Shown: piece by piece, positions 1-10,318 of the stretch
Numbering within the stretch: position 1 is the stretch's first letter
Layout: each line of letters begins with the position of its first letter
DNA from: Anolis carolinensis
Lineage: Eukaryota
Assembly: GCF_035594765.1 (NCBI RefSeq)
Contig: NW_026943825.1
Location: forward strand, 5,819,802 to 5,883,801
Direction of reading: 5' to 3'
Length of the DNA stretch: 64,000 nucleotides
Translations under genes and position numbers: made by a program
The notes under the pieces: model-generated
What the model was told of the DNA's origin: nothing
Databases searched by the model: none
What the model saw: the letters and a program-made list of their open reading frames with translations, nothing else

Positions 1-127
1 GCCATGTCCTGCGTCCAAACAGATGTGCCATTGGCTGATGTCCAGGCCACATCCAAGTATGAATGGGTTTCTGAAATAAAATGTCATGTGTCCCTTACTG
101 ATAACCTTCTGTCTACTGCTTTGTCAG

Positions 128-1158
128 ACTATGCGTTCGTTCACATGGACAATGAGGAGGATGGTAAAGCGGCCATTGAACACCTTAATGGGACGGAACT
201 CTACGGGAGCAGCATTACTGTACAACGCTCTGTGAAAGACCATAAGCATTATGTAAACCGTGAGCAGCATTCTGAACAGGAAACTCTAGATGAAAGGGAC
301 ACATTTGCAGATCCACATTATGAAGAACCACCTGTGTCGTATGATCAGGACTATCGATTCCAGTCTGGGCAGGCAGCAGCATACCGAAATGGGGATGAGT
401 TGGAAGACAACAGCTATGCAGAGGCCTACTCTGCCCAGTCTCATTCCTATGGAAGCAAGTCCTATGACAGCCACAATGCTGATTATGAGAATCGGGCTGC
501 TTATGATGTGGGGGATGACGCGACTGCTTCCTACTCTACACAGTACTCTGATTCCCAATCCACACATGACAGAGCATCAGTGGATGTAGCATACCAATCC
601 GTTTCTGATCGGTTAGCATTAGGTCACAGGAAAACCTCTTCCCGCCATTCACTGTATGAGCGCGTCCGTCTATCCCCACCGAGTAGCAGCTATGAGGACG
701 AGCGTGCAGGCGGTAAAAGCTATACGAGACAAGCGGATGATAGTTACTGCCCGCCGTACAAGTACGTTTGTCGCTCCCCACCACACAGCAGCCGCGACGA
801 TTTCGACAGAAGGGGAAACAGATCAAGTAGCAGGTATACAGGAAGATCAGAAAGTGCTTCTCGCTATACATCAAGATCAGAAAGCGCTTCTCGCTATAGA
901 TCGGAAAGCTCGTCTCGCTATAGATCGGAAAGCTCTTCTCGATATAGATCGGAAAGCTCTTCTCGCTATACCGGAAAATCGGAAAGCTCTTCTCGCTATA
1001 CAGGAAGATCGGAAAGCTCTTCTCGCTATACAGGAAGATCAGAGAGTGCTTCTCGCCATACAGGAAGATCGGAAAGTTCTTCTCACCGTCGACCGTATGA
1101 ACGCAATTATCTTTCTCCGCCACATAGGAGTCGTGAAAACCATAGGAGCCACCGTTAA
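128..1158 (+). CDS. RBM14-like protein, copy A, coding exon 2 (second half of RRM2, Tyr/Ser-rich low-complexity region, RYTGRSESSS repeats); exon 1 lies upstream of the window
   Basis: Acceptor ttgtcag|ACTATGCG at 127/128. DYAFVHMDNEEDGKAAIEHLNGTELYGSSITVQRS resembles RBM14 RRM2, and YERVRLSPP resembles RBM14 YERTRLSPP. Near-identical to 48797-49827. Confidence 0.8.
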
Positions 1159-2296
1159 CTGTCAGAGGTACGTCGCCGATCTCTTTCCAGTCACGCTTAC
1201 TGTTTAGCGGTCTCCTTCCACTTCCAGAGGGGTGAAATATTAGCCTTTGCTTTAAAAGGTTGCTGGCTTCTTGTTTAGTTTGAGATAGGGATACGGGCGC
1301 ATTACAGCTACAGCCCCTGACCACTGATTCTGCTGGTTGGGGTTGATGGGAGTCGTAGCCCCAAACATCTGGAAGGTGTCAGGTAGCCCACACCTGCTCT
1401 AAAGTGGCATTGGTTCGAAAGCAGTTGGTAGAATATTGATTTATTTATTTGCAGTATATATATTCCATCCTTCTCACCCCAAAGGGGACTCAGGGCGGAT
1501 CACAATACCCGTATACATAGCAAACATTCAATGCTGTTAGACACATGACATATATAGGCAGACACAGAGGCAATTTAACGTTCCAGCTTCTGGCTTCTTG
1601 AGGGTATGTTCGATTCCGGCTACAGGGGGACCTACTGCTTCACTGTCCACTTATGACACTGAGTCCTTGATGGAGTACTTCCTCATTCATTCTTCCACAT
1701 GCCGCTGGAGATTTTAGTTGAATTAGCCCTCCCACATAAGCGGTACCTACATTTCTACTTGACAGTTGCAACTGTCTCTTGGCTGCATAGGTCAACAGCA
1801 AGCTGGACTATTAATGGTCAGGAGCTTACCCTGGCCTGGGCTGGCTTTGAATTCATGACCTCTCTGTCAGTAGTGATTTATTGCAGCTGGCTACTAACCA
1901 GCTGCACCACAGCCTGGCCCTGAATACAGGCTGTATTTGCTGTTTGGGATAGGGAGGCAGGTTCTCTTACTGGCCTTTCTACTGTTTTCACACCGTAGTT
2001 GATCTTTGGAAGCTTTTCTGAGCCTTTTGTGGTGCCAAAAGGAAACATAAGACTGCCTTGTTCCACTTTTCCCCATCTTCCCTGGATTAGAAAAACTGCA
2101 GAGAAACTTCCTGTGCCTTCTGAGACTCAACTCACTTCTCGTCGATGGGTTGTTGACGAAAAGATGTGTCTCTTTGGTTGCCCTGCTAGGCCTGTGTCTG
2201 CTCCTGGGCAACAAGGGGAGGGCAGAGTTCAAACATGTGGCGAATGAGTTTAGGCGTGTTTATAAAATGCAATCTCGTGTCTCTTTTCTTAACCAG

Positions 2297-3010
2297 GTAC
2301 TATCCTGACTTCAAGCGGTCCAAGGTTCCCATTCTTCATCAGAATTCCCTCCCATCCTTCTGCCCTTTGAAGTGGATAAATCACGTTATTTCAAAATGTA
2401 TGCATAATGCCAGCTGCAGCGCTCTTTGACAAATTCAGAATGTTCTTTTGAGCACTGCATTTCTTTACCCCCTTTTTTGCCACGAGTGTCATGACATCTA
2501 GGCATTCTAACTTCTTTCCCGAGTAACTGCATACGGAAGTGAGTTATATGTTGCCATTGAAGAGAAGTAGAGCTCTTTCAGTTACCTTCTGTCTTAATTG
2601 TAGTTTAGCCTCTTATAAGCTATCTGTGAACTGCTGCCTATTCAGCCCTTTAAAACCAAAGTCGGAGGCTGAGAGGATTGTTTGTTTACCAACAATCGCT
2701 TCTGATTCCTTGGCTTATTTTTCTAAGAGAAAAAGAAATATCTTAGTTCATTGAAGTACCTGTTTAACTGAGTTACTTTTAAGAGCACCCTTCAGTAAAT
2801 TCATATAGTATACAAGTCCCCCTTGATGGATTATCATCTTGTTGTGGTGAGGGGGCTTACGTGTTCAAATGAATCTGCCGGTGCAACCGTCAGAGTCATG
2901 CACTCCCAGGGGAGGCTCCAGACCGAGCTTCAAGTATGCTTCCAGTTAGAAATAAATTTAGATACACATAATGTTTTGTCAATAAAAGTGGGTTTGTTGG
3001 TGTTTTTATA
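2297..3010 (+). other. Probable terminal (3'UTR) exon 3 of RBM14-like copy A
   Basis: Donor GAG|GTACGT at 1168, 9 nt after the stop. Acceptor tctcttttcttaaccag| at 2296 and AATAAA at 2981-2986 are both conserved in the inverted paralog (40519, 39819-39824). Confidence 0.6.
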
Positions 3011-3977
3011 AGATCCAGTTGTCCAGAATATCTGTGGGAGTGCCATTTTTTTTTGGGAGAGGGGCTGTTACAACAATCGAAAATGAATTTCATCCTTGGC
3101 AACAAACATTTATTTATTCACTTGCTTACTGCATTTATATACTGCTTTTCTCACCCCTGGGGGGACTCAAAGCGGTATACAACATAGTAATGGCAAAATT
3201 CAATGGCAAATATACATGTGAAAACATAACAAACAGATCATCAAGTCATAAACAATAAAATAAACATAAACAACTCAAAAAATAACATAATTAGAAATTT
3301 AAATATATAAATCAAACATTTAGGACATGTTTACTAATAAATAATGTTTACTATAAAGGGAAAACCGTTACCTTACCTATATATTTACCCTAACCATTTT
3401 ACCTAAATTAATATACAGTAGAGTCTTACTTATCCAAGACTCACTTATCCAAGGTTCTGGATTATCCAAGCCATTTTTGTAGTCAATGTTTTCAATATAT
3501 CATGATATTTTGGTGCTAAATTCGTAAATATAGTAATTACAACAGGGGTCCTCAAACTTTTAAAGCAGAGGGCCGGTCCATAATACTTCGGACTGTTGAG
3601 GGGCCGAATTATTATTTGAAAAGAAATACGAACAAATTCCTATGCACATTGCATATGTCTTATTTGTAGTGCAATACAACAATAAAAATTAAAGAGCAAT
3701 ACAATATTTAAAAATGAAAACAATTTTAACCAACATAAACCTATTAGGATTTCAATGGAAAGTGTGGGCCTGCTACTGGCCAATGAGATAGTCAAGTTAA
3801 TTATTGTTGTTGTTGTTGTTGTGTGCCTTCAAGTCATTTCAGACTTTGGGTGAGCCTAAGTCTAAAATTATTTATTTATTTATTTACTACCTTTATTTAC
3901 TACCTTTATATCTCACCCTTCTCACCCCGAAGGGGACTCAGAGCAGCTGTATGTACGTACAATATTATTAGCATAGC

Positions 3978-5126
3978 TGTCAAGGACAGAACGCCACAAG
4001 ATTCAAAGTAACAGAGTTTATTAGATTACAGAACTCAAAAATGCCCGTAAAACACAAGGGCCAGGCAGTTTTTGCCTTTAGGAGCAAAAAGGGGCAAAAG
4101 TAAATGTTCAAAAGATAAACCGGATTAAACCGGAGTTTAATCCGGGTAAAAACAAACTGCTTGCTTCAGCCTGGGTATAAACGAAACGAAAGCCAAGGAA
4201 CAAAAGATACAAAGAATGCAACTAATTGGCAGCAGATTCCTCTCTGCTGCCAACACTGTGCTTAGAGTAACTTGCGTCGCTCCCCCACACACACAGCAGA
4301 CAGGATCTCCAACACGAGTAAATCAGCCAAGGATTGTAGCAGTTGAGTAGACCAGTTCCGTTCCGTAGATCAAAGCCAGAAGCAGACGTTTGTAGTTTTT
4401 CCAAGTCCAAGAAGGGGGGAAGACAAGCCGTGGTCAGTTCAGTCCGAGTTCTCAAAGCAGGAGATGGCGTCCGTCAAGAAGACGACGGAAGGTCAAGCTA
4501 ATAAGAGTAAGCACAGGTTTGCACAAACAAATGCCCACACAATCCCTCCCGCCGTCTGACCCTGGATTCCAATCAACTTACGTCACAGCACAGGAAAGCA
4601 CACAAGTCTTCAGGGAAGCGTCCCACACACACACGGATCCCAAGCGTTTGCCCAGATTACCTTGCCCAACGCAATTTGCAATTGCTCTCAAGCCCCATTT
4701 TATGCCAGTTACAAATCTTCATCACTGTCAGCTGTCCTCCTTAACCCGGGCGTTTCCTCATCACTTTCCTCGTCAGAGCTGGAACACCTCTGACTACGCC
4801 CAACAGCATCTCCAGCTGTGGATCCCGTCCCATCCCTCCAGCTAAACCATGGGTCTAATCCTGAAGGTCCCCATTCATCTTCTGTCCCATCATGGCCAGT
4901 GGCACCCACTTCCTCCCTTACCCGAGTCCAATCCATCTCATCCTCCTCTGAGCTAACCAGCCCCTCCTCCATTCTCTCCGTAAACCCTTCGAAAGACTCC
5001 TCGTCAGATGGTGCTGCAAATATGTCTCGCAGTCTTTTTCTCTCTCGCTCCTCGAGAGTATCTGACTCTCGAGGAGTCTTACGCCCACGTCTGTCAGTAA
5101 CAGAGCCATGAGGCTCAATCATAACA
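3978..5126 (-). repeat. LTR 1 (3' LTR of element 1)
   Basis: TGTCAAGG...ATCATAACA termini; PPT GAGAGGGGATAG (minus strand) immediately adjacent at 5127-5138; AATAAA (minus) at 4017-4022. Confidence 0.95.
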
Positions 5127-8100
5127 CTATCCCCTCTCACAAAGGCCTCCTCCCCCGATGGCGGAGAAGTGGCAGTGATACCCTCCGCTATAGCACCACG
5201 ACGACTAGAGGTATCAAGTTTCAACAGCGAACGATGAAAGACTGGATGGACCTTTAAACTAGACGGTAAACGCAAACGAAACGCAACAGAAGAAATCTTT
5301 TTAACGATAGGAAAGGGACCCAAATACCGAGGCGCAAACTTTCCCCCAGCCTGTTTAATATGTTTGGAAGATAACCACACCAAATCCCCTTCTTCCAACT
5401 CCTCCCCTGCCTGCCTGTGGCGGTCAGCCTGAGTCTTCTGCGTTGCCTTAGCTTCCAACAGTAAGCGACGGGCAACATCATGCAATGCAGCCATTTCCGA
5501 AGAGCGGTACACAGGGTCCGAAGAGACCACATTGGTCGACGGCGCCACACCTCCCCGTGGGTGAAAACCATAAGTTAGCTCAAATGGCGTATGCTGACTA
5601 GACGTGTGCACCGCATTGTTGTAAGCAAATTCCGCCACCGGTAACCACTTTACCCAAGCCGTGGGTTGATCTAAACAAAAACAACGCAGATACTGCTCTA
5701 AGAGCCCATTAACCCGTTCCGACTGTCCATCCGTTTGCGGATGGAAAGCTGAAGACACGTTTAACTTAGTCCCCAAACACTCATGGAAGTGTTTCCAAAA
5801 GCGTGACACAAATTGCGGAGCCCTATCTGAAATAATCACCTCGGGTGCTCCGTGCAAACGATAGATGTGCTTTGTAAATAGTAAGGCCAACGTAGGGGCC
5901 GCCGGAATGGTTGAACAAGGAATAAAATGAGCCAGTTTACTAAATAAATCCACCACCACCCAAATACAAGTATAACCCCCAGACTTAGGCAAATCTGAAA
6001 TAAAATCCATGGAAATGATTTGCCATGGCCTCTCCGGAACAGGTAAAGACGATAACAACCCTCTAGGGCGCCCAACAGGCGTCTTACTCTGCTGACAAAC
6101 GGCGCAGCTGTCACAAAAGCGCAGAATGTCTTGCCGCATCTTTGGCCACCAGTAGCTCCTGGTGATAAGCTGTACGGTCTTGAACCTGCCAAAGTGCCCA
6201 GCCATGGGTTCGTCATGGTGGGCTCTAATCACCTCCAACCTGAGGGTCCCTACTGGTACGTAAACCTGCCCCCTACGCACCAATACCCCGTCTTGATCCT
6301 GGAGATGCGGCAGTATGGTACGGTTACCTGCAGAGAGCAGCATCAGTTGCTCCTGAGTCCACACATCATCCTTCTGAGCCTCAAGGATCTGGTCATGTAA
6401 CCCAAGCTCATTATCTACAACACACAGAGAGGCAGTAGGCAAGATGGTCTGACATACTACCTGCTCATTGGTCTTAAATTCCGGCTTGCGGGATAAAGCA
6501 TCGGCCCGCAAGTTTGCCTTCCCCTCCACGAACTGCACCTTGAAGTTAAACCTGGAGAAAAACAAAGCCCAGCGGATTTGACGCTGGTTTAACTTCTTTG
6601 CTGTTTGCAAGTGCTCTAAGTTCTTGTGATCAGATCTGACCACGATCTGGTGCCGTGCCCCTTCAAGCCAGTGCCGCCACACCTCAAACGCCACCTTAAT
6701 CGCCAACAACTCCTTCTCCCATATGGTATAGTTCTGCTCGAAGGGTGTTAGTTGCCGCGAGTAAAATCCACAGGGACGCAAGGTCCCTGAGGAATCCTTC
6801 TGAGACAATACAGCCCCCAACGCGTAGCTAGAAGCGTCCGCTTCTACCACGAACGGTCTGTCAACATCAGGATGGGTTAGTATGTTGTCCGATTGAAAAC
6901 TAGACTTTAGTTGTAGAAACGCCTCGTGAGCTTCCCGCCCCCACACAAATGGCTGTTTCTTGCGCAGAAGCTGCGTCAAAGGTACCGTGAGCTTTGCAAA
7001 ATTCGGAATAAACTCCCGGTAGTAATTAGCGAAACCCAAGAACCTTTGTACATCCTTCTTAGTCTTCAGCTCCTGCCATGAGTTGACGGCGTCAACCTTA
7101 TGTGGGTCCATTTTAAGTTCCCTACCTGACACTACATGACCTAGGAACTCCACTTCAGGCACATGAAAGACGCACTTGGAAGCCTTGGCGAAAAGCCCAT
7201 TAGCCCGCAGTCGGTGCAGAACCTGCTTGACATGTTGACGATGTTCTTTCTCGTCCTTAGAAAAAATCAAGATATCATCCAAATAAATCACTAAAAATTG
7301 GTCAATTAGGTCCCTGAACACATCGTTCATGAACCTCTGGAATACCGCAGGAGCATTACAAAGCCCAAAAGGCATGACTCGGAACTCGTGGCATCCGAAA
7401 CACGTGTTAAATGCCGTCTTCCATTCATCCCCTTCCCGTATACGGATTAAGTTATAGGCCCCCCGCAGGTCAAGCTTGGTAAAGACCTTAGCCCCTTGCA
7501 CCCTTGATAACAGTTCCGAGATTAAAGGGAGCGGGTACCTATCCCGAATGGTGTATTTGTTTAGGATCCGATAGTCACAGACCAGCCTAAGTTCCCCAGT
7601 CTTTTTGGCTACAAAGAATACTGGTGCCGCAGTTGGAGAACTAGATGGGCGAATAAACCCCTTGGCTAAATTTTCATCTAGAAACTCCCGCAAAGCTTGC
7701 CTTTCCGGTACAGTCAAGGCATACAGCCTCCCTGCTGGCAGTTTCGCACCTTCTGCCAACTTGATGGCGCAATCATATGGCCTGTGCGGTGGTAATTTGT
7801 CCGCTTCTCTTTTACAAAATACATCAGAGAACTCCCCATACTCAGCAGGCACTCCCTCCATATCAGAATGAGTAACATTTAGAGTGCAACAGTCCTGCCT
7901 CTTTAAGATCACTTTACGTGTTGCCCAATCTACTTGTGGGTTTACTACAGCTAGCCAATCCATCCCCAGGATCACATCATATCTAGGCAAGCTCGTAATA
8001 TCCCACACAAACGTTCCCGTTACTCCCTGCACCTCCCACGTTACTGCTGAGGTTTCATGGTTAACCACCCCAGTCTCCAGCAGTCTCCCATCTGCTCCTT

Positions 8101-8332
8101 CCACCCACACGTCGCATGCCTTGCGCACTCTAGGAATGCCATGCTTCTTAGCAAACTCAATATCTACATAGGAGACCGTAGCCCCTGAGTCCAGCAGTGC
8201 CAAAGTAGAAACAAGTTCCCTTCCCCCAACAGATAATGTAATGGGTACGAAAACATGCTTCCTCCCCTCAGTTGACTGCTTGAGGAGCCCTAGTGCGTTG
8301 GACTCACGTCGCACTAGGGCTGGCCTTTTCCC
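4709..8332 (-). CDS. pol: Pol (protease, RT, RNase H, integrase, acidic LTR-encoded tail), element 1, expressed by -1 frameshift
   Basis: LLDSGA protease, YLDD RT, RNase H (EADAS...EKELLA), HHCC zinc-binding motif, DDE core, GPF motif; ORF uninterrupted. Confidence 0.95.
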   Translation of the reverse strand, partial: GKRPALVRRESNALGLLKQSTEGRKHVFVPITLSVGGRELVSTLALLDSGATVSYVDIEFAKKHGIPRVRKACDVWVEGADGRLLETGVVNHETSAVTWEVQGVTGTFVWDITSLPRYDVILGMDWLAVVNPQVDWATRKVILKRQDCCTLNVTHSDMEGVPAEYGEFSDVFCKREADKLPPHRPYDCAIKLAEGAKLPAGRLYALTVPERQALREFLDENLAKGFIRPSSSPTAAPVFFVAKKTGELRLVCDYRILNKYTIRDRYPLPLISELLSRVQGAKVFTKLDLRGAYNLIRIREGDEWKTAFNTCFGCHEFRVMPFGLCNAPAVFQRFMNDVFRDLIDQFLVIYLDDILIFSKDEKEHRQHVKQVLHRLRANGLFAKASKCVFHVPEVEFLGHVVSGRELKMDPHKVDAVNSWQELKTKKDVQRFLGFANYYREFIPNFAKLTVPLTQLLRKKQPFVWGREAHEAFLQLKSSFQSDNILTHPDVDRPFVVEADASSYALGAVLSQKDSSGTLRPCGFYSRQLTPFEQNYTIWEKELLAIKVAFEVWRHWLEGARHQIVVRSDHKNLEHLQTAKKLNQRQIRWALFFSRFNFKVQFVEGKANLRADALSRKPEFKTNEQVVCQTILPTASLCVVDNELGLHDQILEAQKDDVWTQEQLMLLSAGNRTILPHLQDQDGVLVRRGQVYVPVGTLRLEVIRAHHDEPMAGHFGRFKTVQLITRSYWWPKMRQDILRFCDSCAVCQQSKTPVGRPRGLLSSLPVPERPWQIISMDFISDLPKSGGYTCIWVVVDLFSKLAHFIPCSTIPAAPTLALLFTKHIYRLHGAPEVIISDRAPQFVSRFWKHFHECLGTKLNVSSAFHPQTDGQSERVNGLLEQYLRCFCLDQPTAWVKWLPVAEFAYNNAVHTSSQHTPFELTYGFHPRGGVAPSTNVVSSDPVYRSSEMAALHDVARRLLLEAKATQKTQADRHRQAGEELEEGDLVWLSSKHIKQAGGKFAPRYLGPFPIVKKISSVAFRLRLPSSLKVHPVFHRSLLKLDTSSRRGAIAEGITATSPPSGEEAFVRGDSVMIEPHGSVTDRRGRKTPRESDTLEERERKRLRDIFAAPSDEESFEGFTERMEEGLVSSEEDEMDWTRVREEVGATGHDGTEDEWGPSGLDPWFSWRDGTGSTAGDAVGRSQRCSSSDEESDEETPGLRRTADSDEDL
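8286..8332 (-). promoter_or_regulatory. -1 programmed ribosomal frameshift signal (second copy at 13478-13524)
   Basis: Slippery G GGA AAA followed by a 12-bp stem AGCCCTAGTGCG/CGCACTAGGGCT; the -1 frame is the pol frame. Confidence 0.85.
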
Positions 8333-9114
8333 GAAAGCTGGGAAGGTTTCACATTACAATTTTTGGCAAAATGCCCAGCCTTCCCACAGTACAAACACAA
8401 GCCCAGCTGCCTCCTACGGCTCTTTTCCTCTGTAGACAGCTTTTTAAAGACCCCAAGCTCCATGGGCTCTTCCCCCATCACCACAGGTGCCCTGGTTACA
8501 TGCATGGGTGGCGCACACATTACTTTTGAGTGTTTACGAGCCTCGAACCTTGCGTCTAAACGCAGCACCTTAGCTACTAAGGCGTCCCAGCTTTCAGCCG
8601 GCTCCAAGCGTGCTAATTCATCCTGGAGCATATCACTTAACCCGGCAGTAAATAAAAGCATGAATGCATTTTCCCCCCAATCCAGCTGGTGGCGATACAG
8701 GTTAAACTTATTTAAGTAATCCAAAACAGTCCCCTTTCCCTGTTTCAACCGATACAGAGCCCACCCAGCGTTCTCCGTGCGGAGAGGATCCCCAAAAGTA
8801 TCAGTTAACAACTTTTTGAAATTATTCAAATTGTCCTTGACTGGGTCATTTCCCAAAATTAAATTAGTGGCCCATTGTCCTGCGGGACCGGTCAACAAAC
8901 TCAAAATAAAGGCCACCTTGCTAGTGTCTGTAGGAAAAGCATGAGCACTGAGCTGAGAAAAATAAAGCTCCACTTGTGCCAAAAAGGTTGGCAACTTGCA
9001 CCTGGTTCCGTCAAAGCGTTCAGGAGTCAAAACATGTCCTTTCACAGCCTGAGCTGTTTGGCTAACGGTAAAAGCCGTTTGCAATTGGTCTACTTTGGCC
9101 CTTAACTCATCCAT
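8314..9114 (-). CDS. gag: Gag (PEG10/RTL-like capsid plus CCHC knuckle), element 1
   Basis: PERFDG motif, EPMEL motif, CLYCGKAGHFAKNC knuckle. Confidence 0.95.
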   Translation of the reverse strand: MDELRAKVDQLQTAFTVSQTAQAVKGHVLTPERFDGTRCKLPTFLAQVELYFSQLSAHAFPTDTSKVAFILSLLTGPAGQWATNLILGNDPVKDNLNNFKKLLTDTFGDPLRTENAGWALYRLKQGKGTVLDYLNKFNLYRHQLDWGENAFMLLFTAGLSDMLQDELARLEPAESWDALVAKVLRLDARFEARKHSKVMCAPPMHVTRAPVVMGEEPMELGVFKKLSTEEKSRRRQLGLCLYCGKAGHFAKNCNVKPSQLSGKGQP

Positions 9115-9169
9115 CGTCTTCCTGACGGGTTTATTGCTGCAATAAACTTTTTATGGGCGTTGGGCAATC

Positions 9170-10318
9170 TGTCAAGGACAGAACGCCACAAGATTCAAAG
9201 TAACAGAGTTTATTAGATTACAGAACTCAAAAATGCCCGTAAAACACAAGGGCCAGGCAGTTTTTGCCTTTAGGAGCAAAAAGGGGCAAAAGTAAATGTT
9301 CAAAAGATAAACCGGATTAAACCGGAGTTTAATCCGGGTAAAAACAAACTGCTTGCTTCAGCCTGGGTATAAACGAAACGAAAGCCAAGGAACAAAAGAT
9401 ACAAAGAATGCAACTAATTGGCAGCAGATTCCTCTCTGCTGCCAACACTGTGCTTAGAGTAACTTGCGTCGCTCCCCCACACACACAGCAGACAGGATCT
9501 CCAACACGAGTAAATCAGCCAAGGATTGTAGCAGTTGAGTAGACCAGTTCCGTTCCGTAGATCAAAGCCAGAAGCAGACGTTTGTAGTTTTTCCAAGTCC
9601 AAGAAGGGGGGAAGACAAGCCGTGGTCAGTTCAGTCCGAGTTCTCAAAGCAGGAGATGGCGTCCGTCAAGAAGACGACGGAAGGTCAAGCTAATAAGAGT
9701 AAGCACAGGTTTGCACAAACAAATGCCCACACAATCCCTCCCGCCGTCTGACCCTGGATTCCAATCAACTTACGTCACAGCACAGGAAAGCACACAAGTC
9801 TTCAGGGAAGCGTCCCACACACACACGGATCCCAAGCGTTTGCCCAGATTACCTTGCCCAACGCAATTTGCAATTGCTCCCAAGCCCCATTTTATGCCAG
9901 TTACAAATCTTCATCACTGTCAGCTGTCCTCCTTAACCCGGGCGTTTCCTCATCACTTTCCTCGTCAGAGCTGGAACACCTCTGACTACGCCCAACAGCA
10001 TCTCCAGCTGTGGATCCCGTCCCATCCCTCCAGCTAAACCATGGGTCTAATCCTGAAGGTCCCCATTCATCTTCTGTCCCATCATGGCCAGTGGCACCCA
10101 CTTCCTCCCTTACCCGAGTCCAATCCATCTCATCCTCCTCTGAGCTAACCAGCCCCTCCTCCATTCTCTCCGTAAACCCTTCGAAAGACTCCTCGTCAGA
10201 TGGTGCTGCAAATATGTCTCGCAGTCTTTTTCTCTCTCGCTCCTCGAGAGTATCTGACTCTCGAGGAGTCTTACGCCCACGTCTGTCAGTAACAGAGCCA
10301 TGAGGCTCAATCATAACA
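9170..10318 (-). repeat. LTR 2 (shared central LTR)
   Basis: Copy of LTR 1 at +5192. Confidence 0.95.

Larger units (their letters stand above)
1..3977 (+). repeat. Near-identical duplicate of 48670-52652
   Basis: Same sequence at offset 48669 with only scattered SNPs and small indels; ends exactly at the first LTR base. Confidence 0.95.

Noticed and set aside
4-127. N-terminal extension MSCVQTDV... of the RBM14-like ORF (also 48616-48796)
   Set aside because: Intronic sequence upstream of a clear acceptor; the real N-terminus comes from exon 1.
536-1324. Overlapping 262-aa minus-strand and 183-aa alternative-frame ORFs (also 49205-49993)
   Set aside because: By-products of a stop-free coding tandem repeat.
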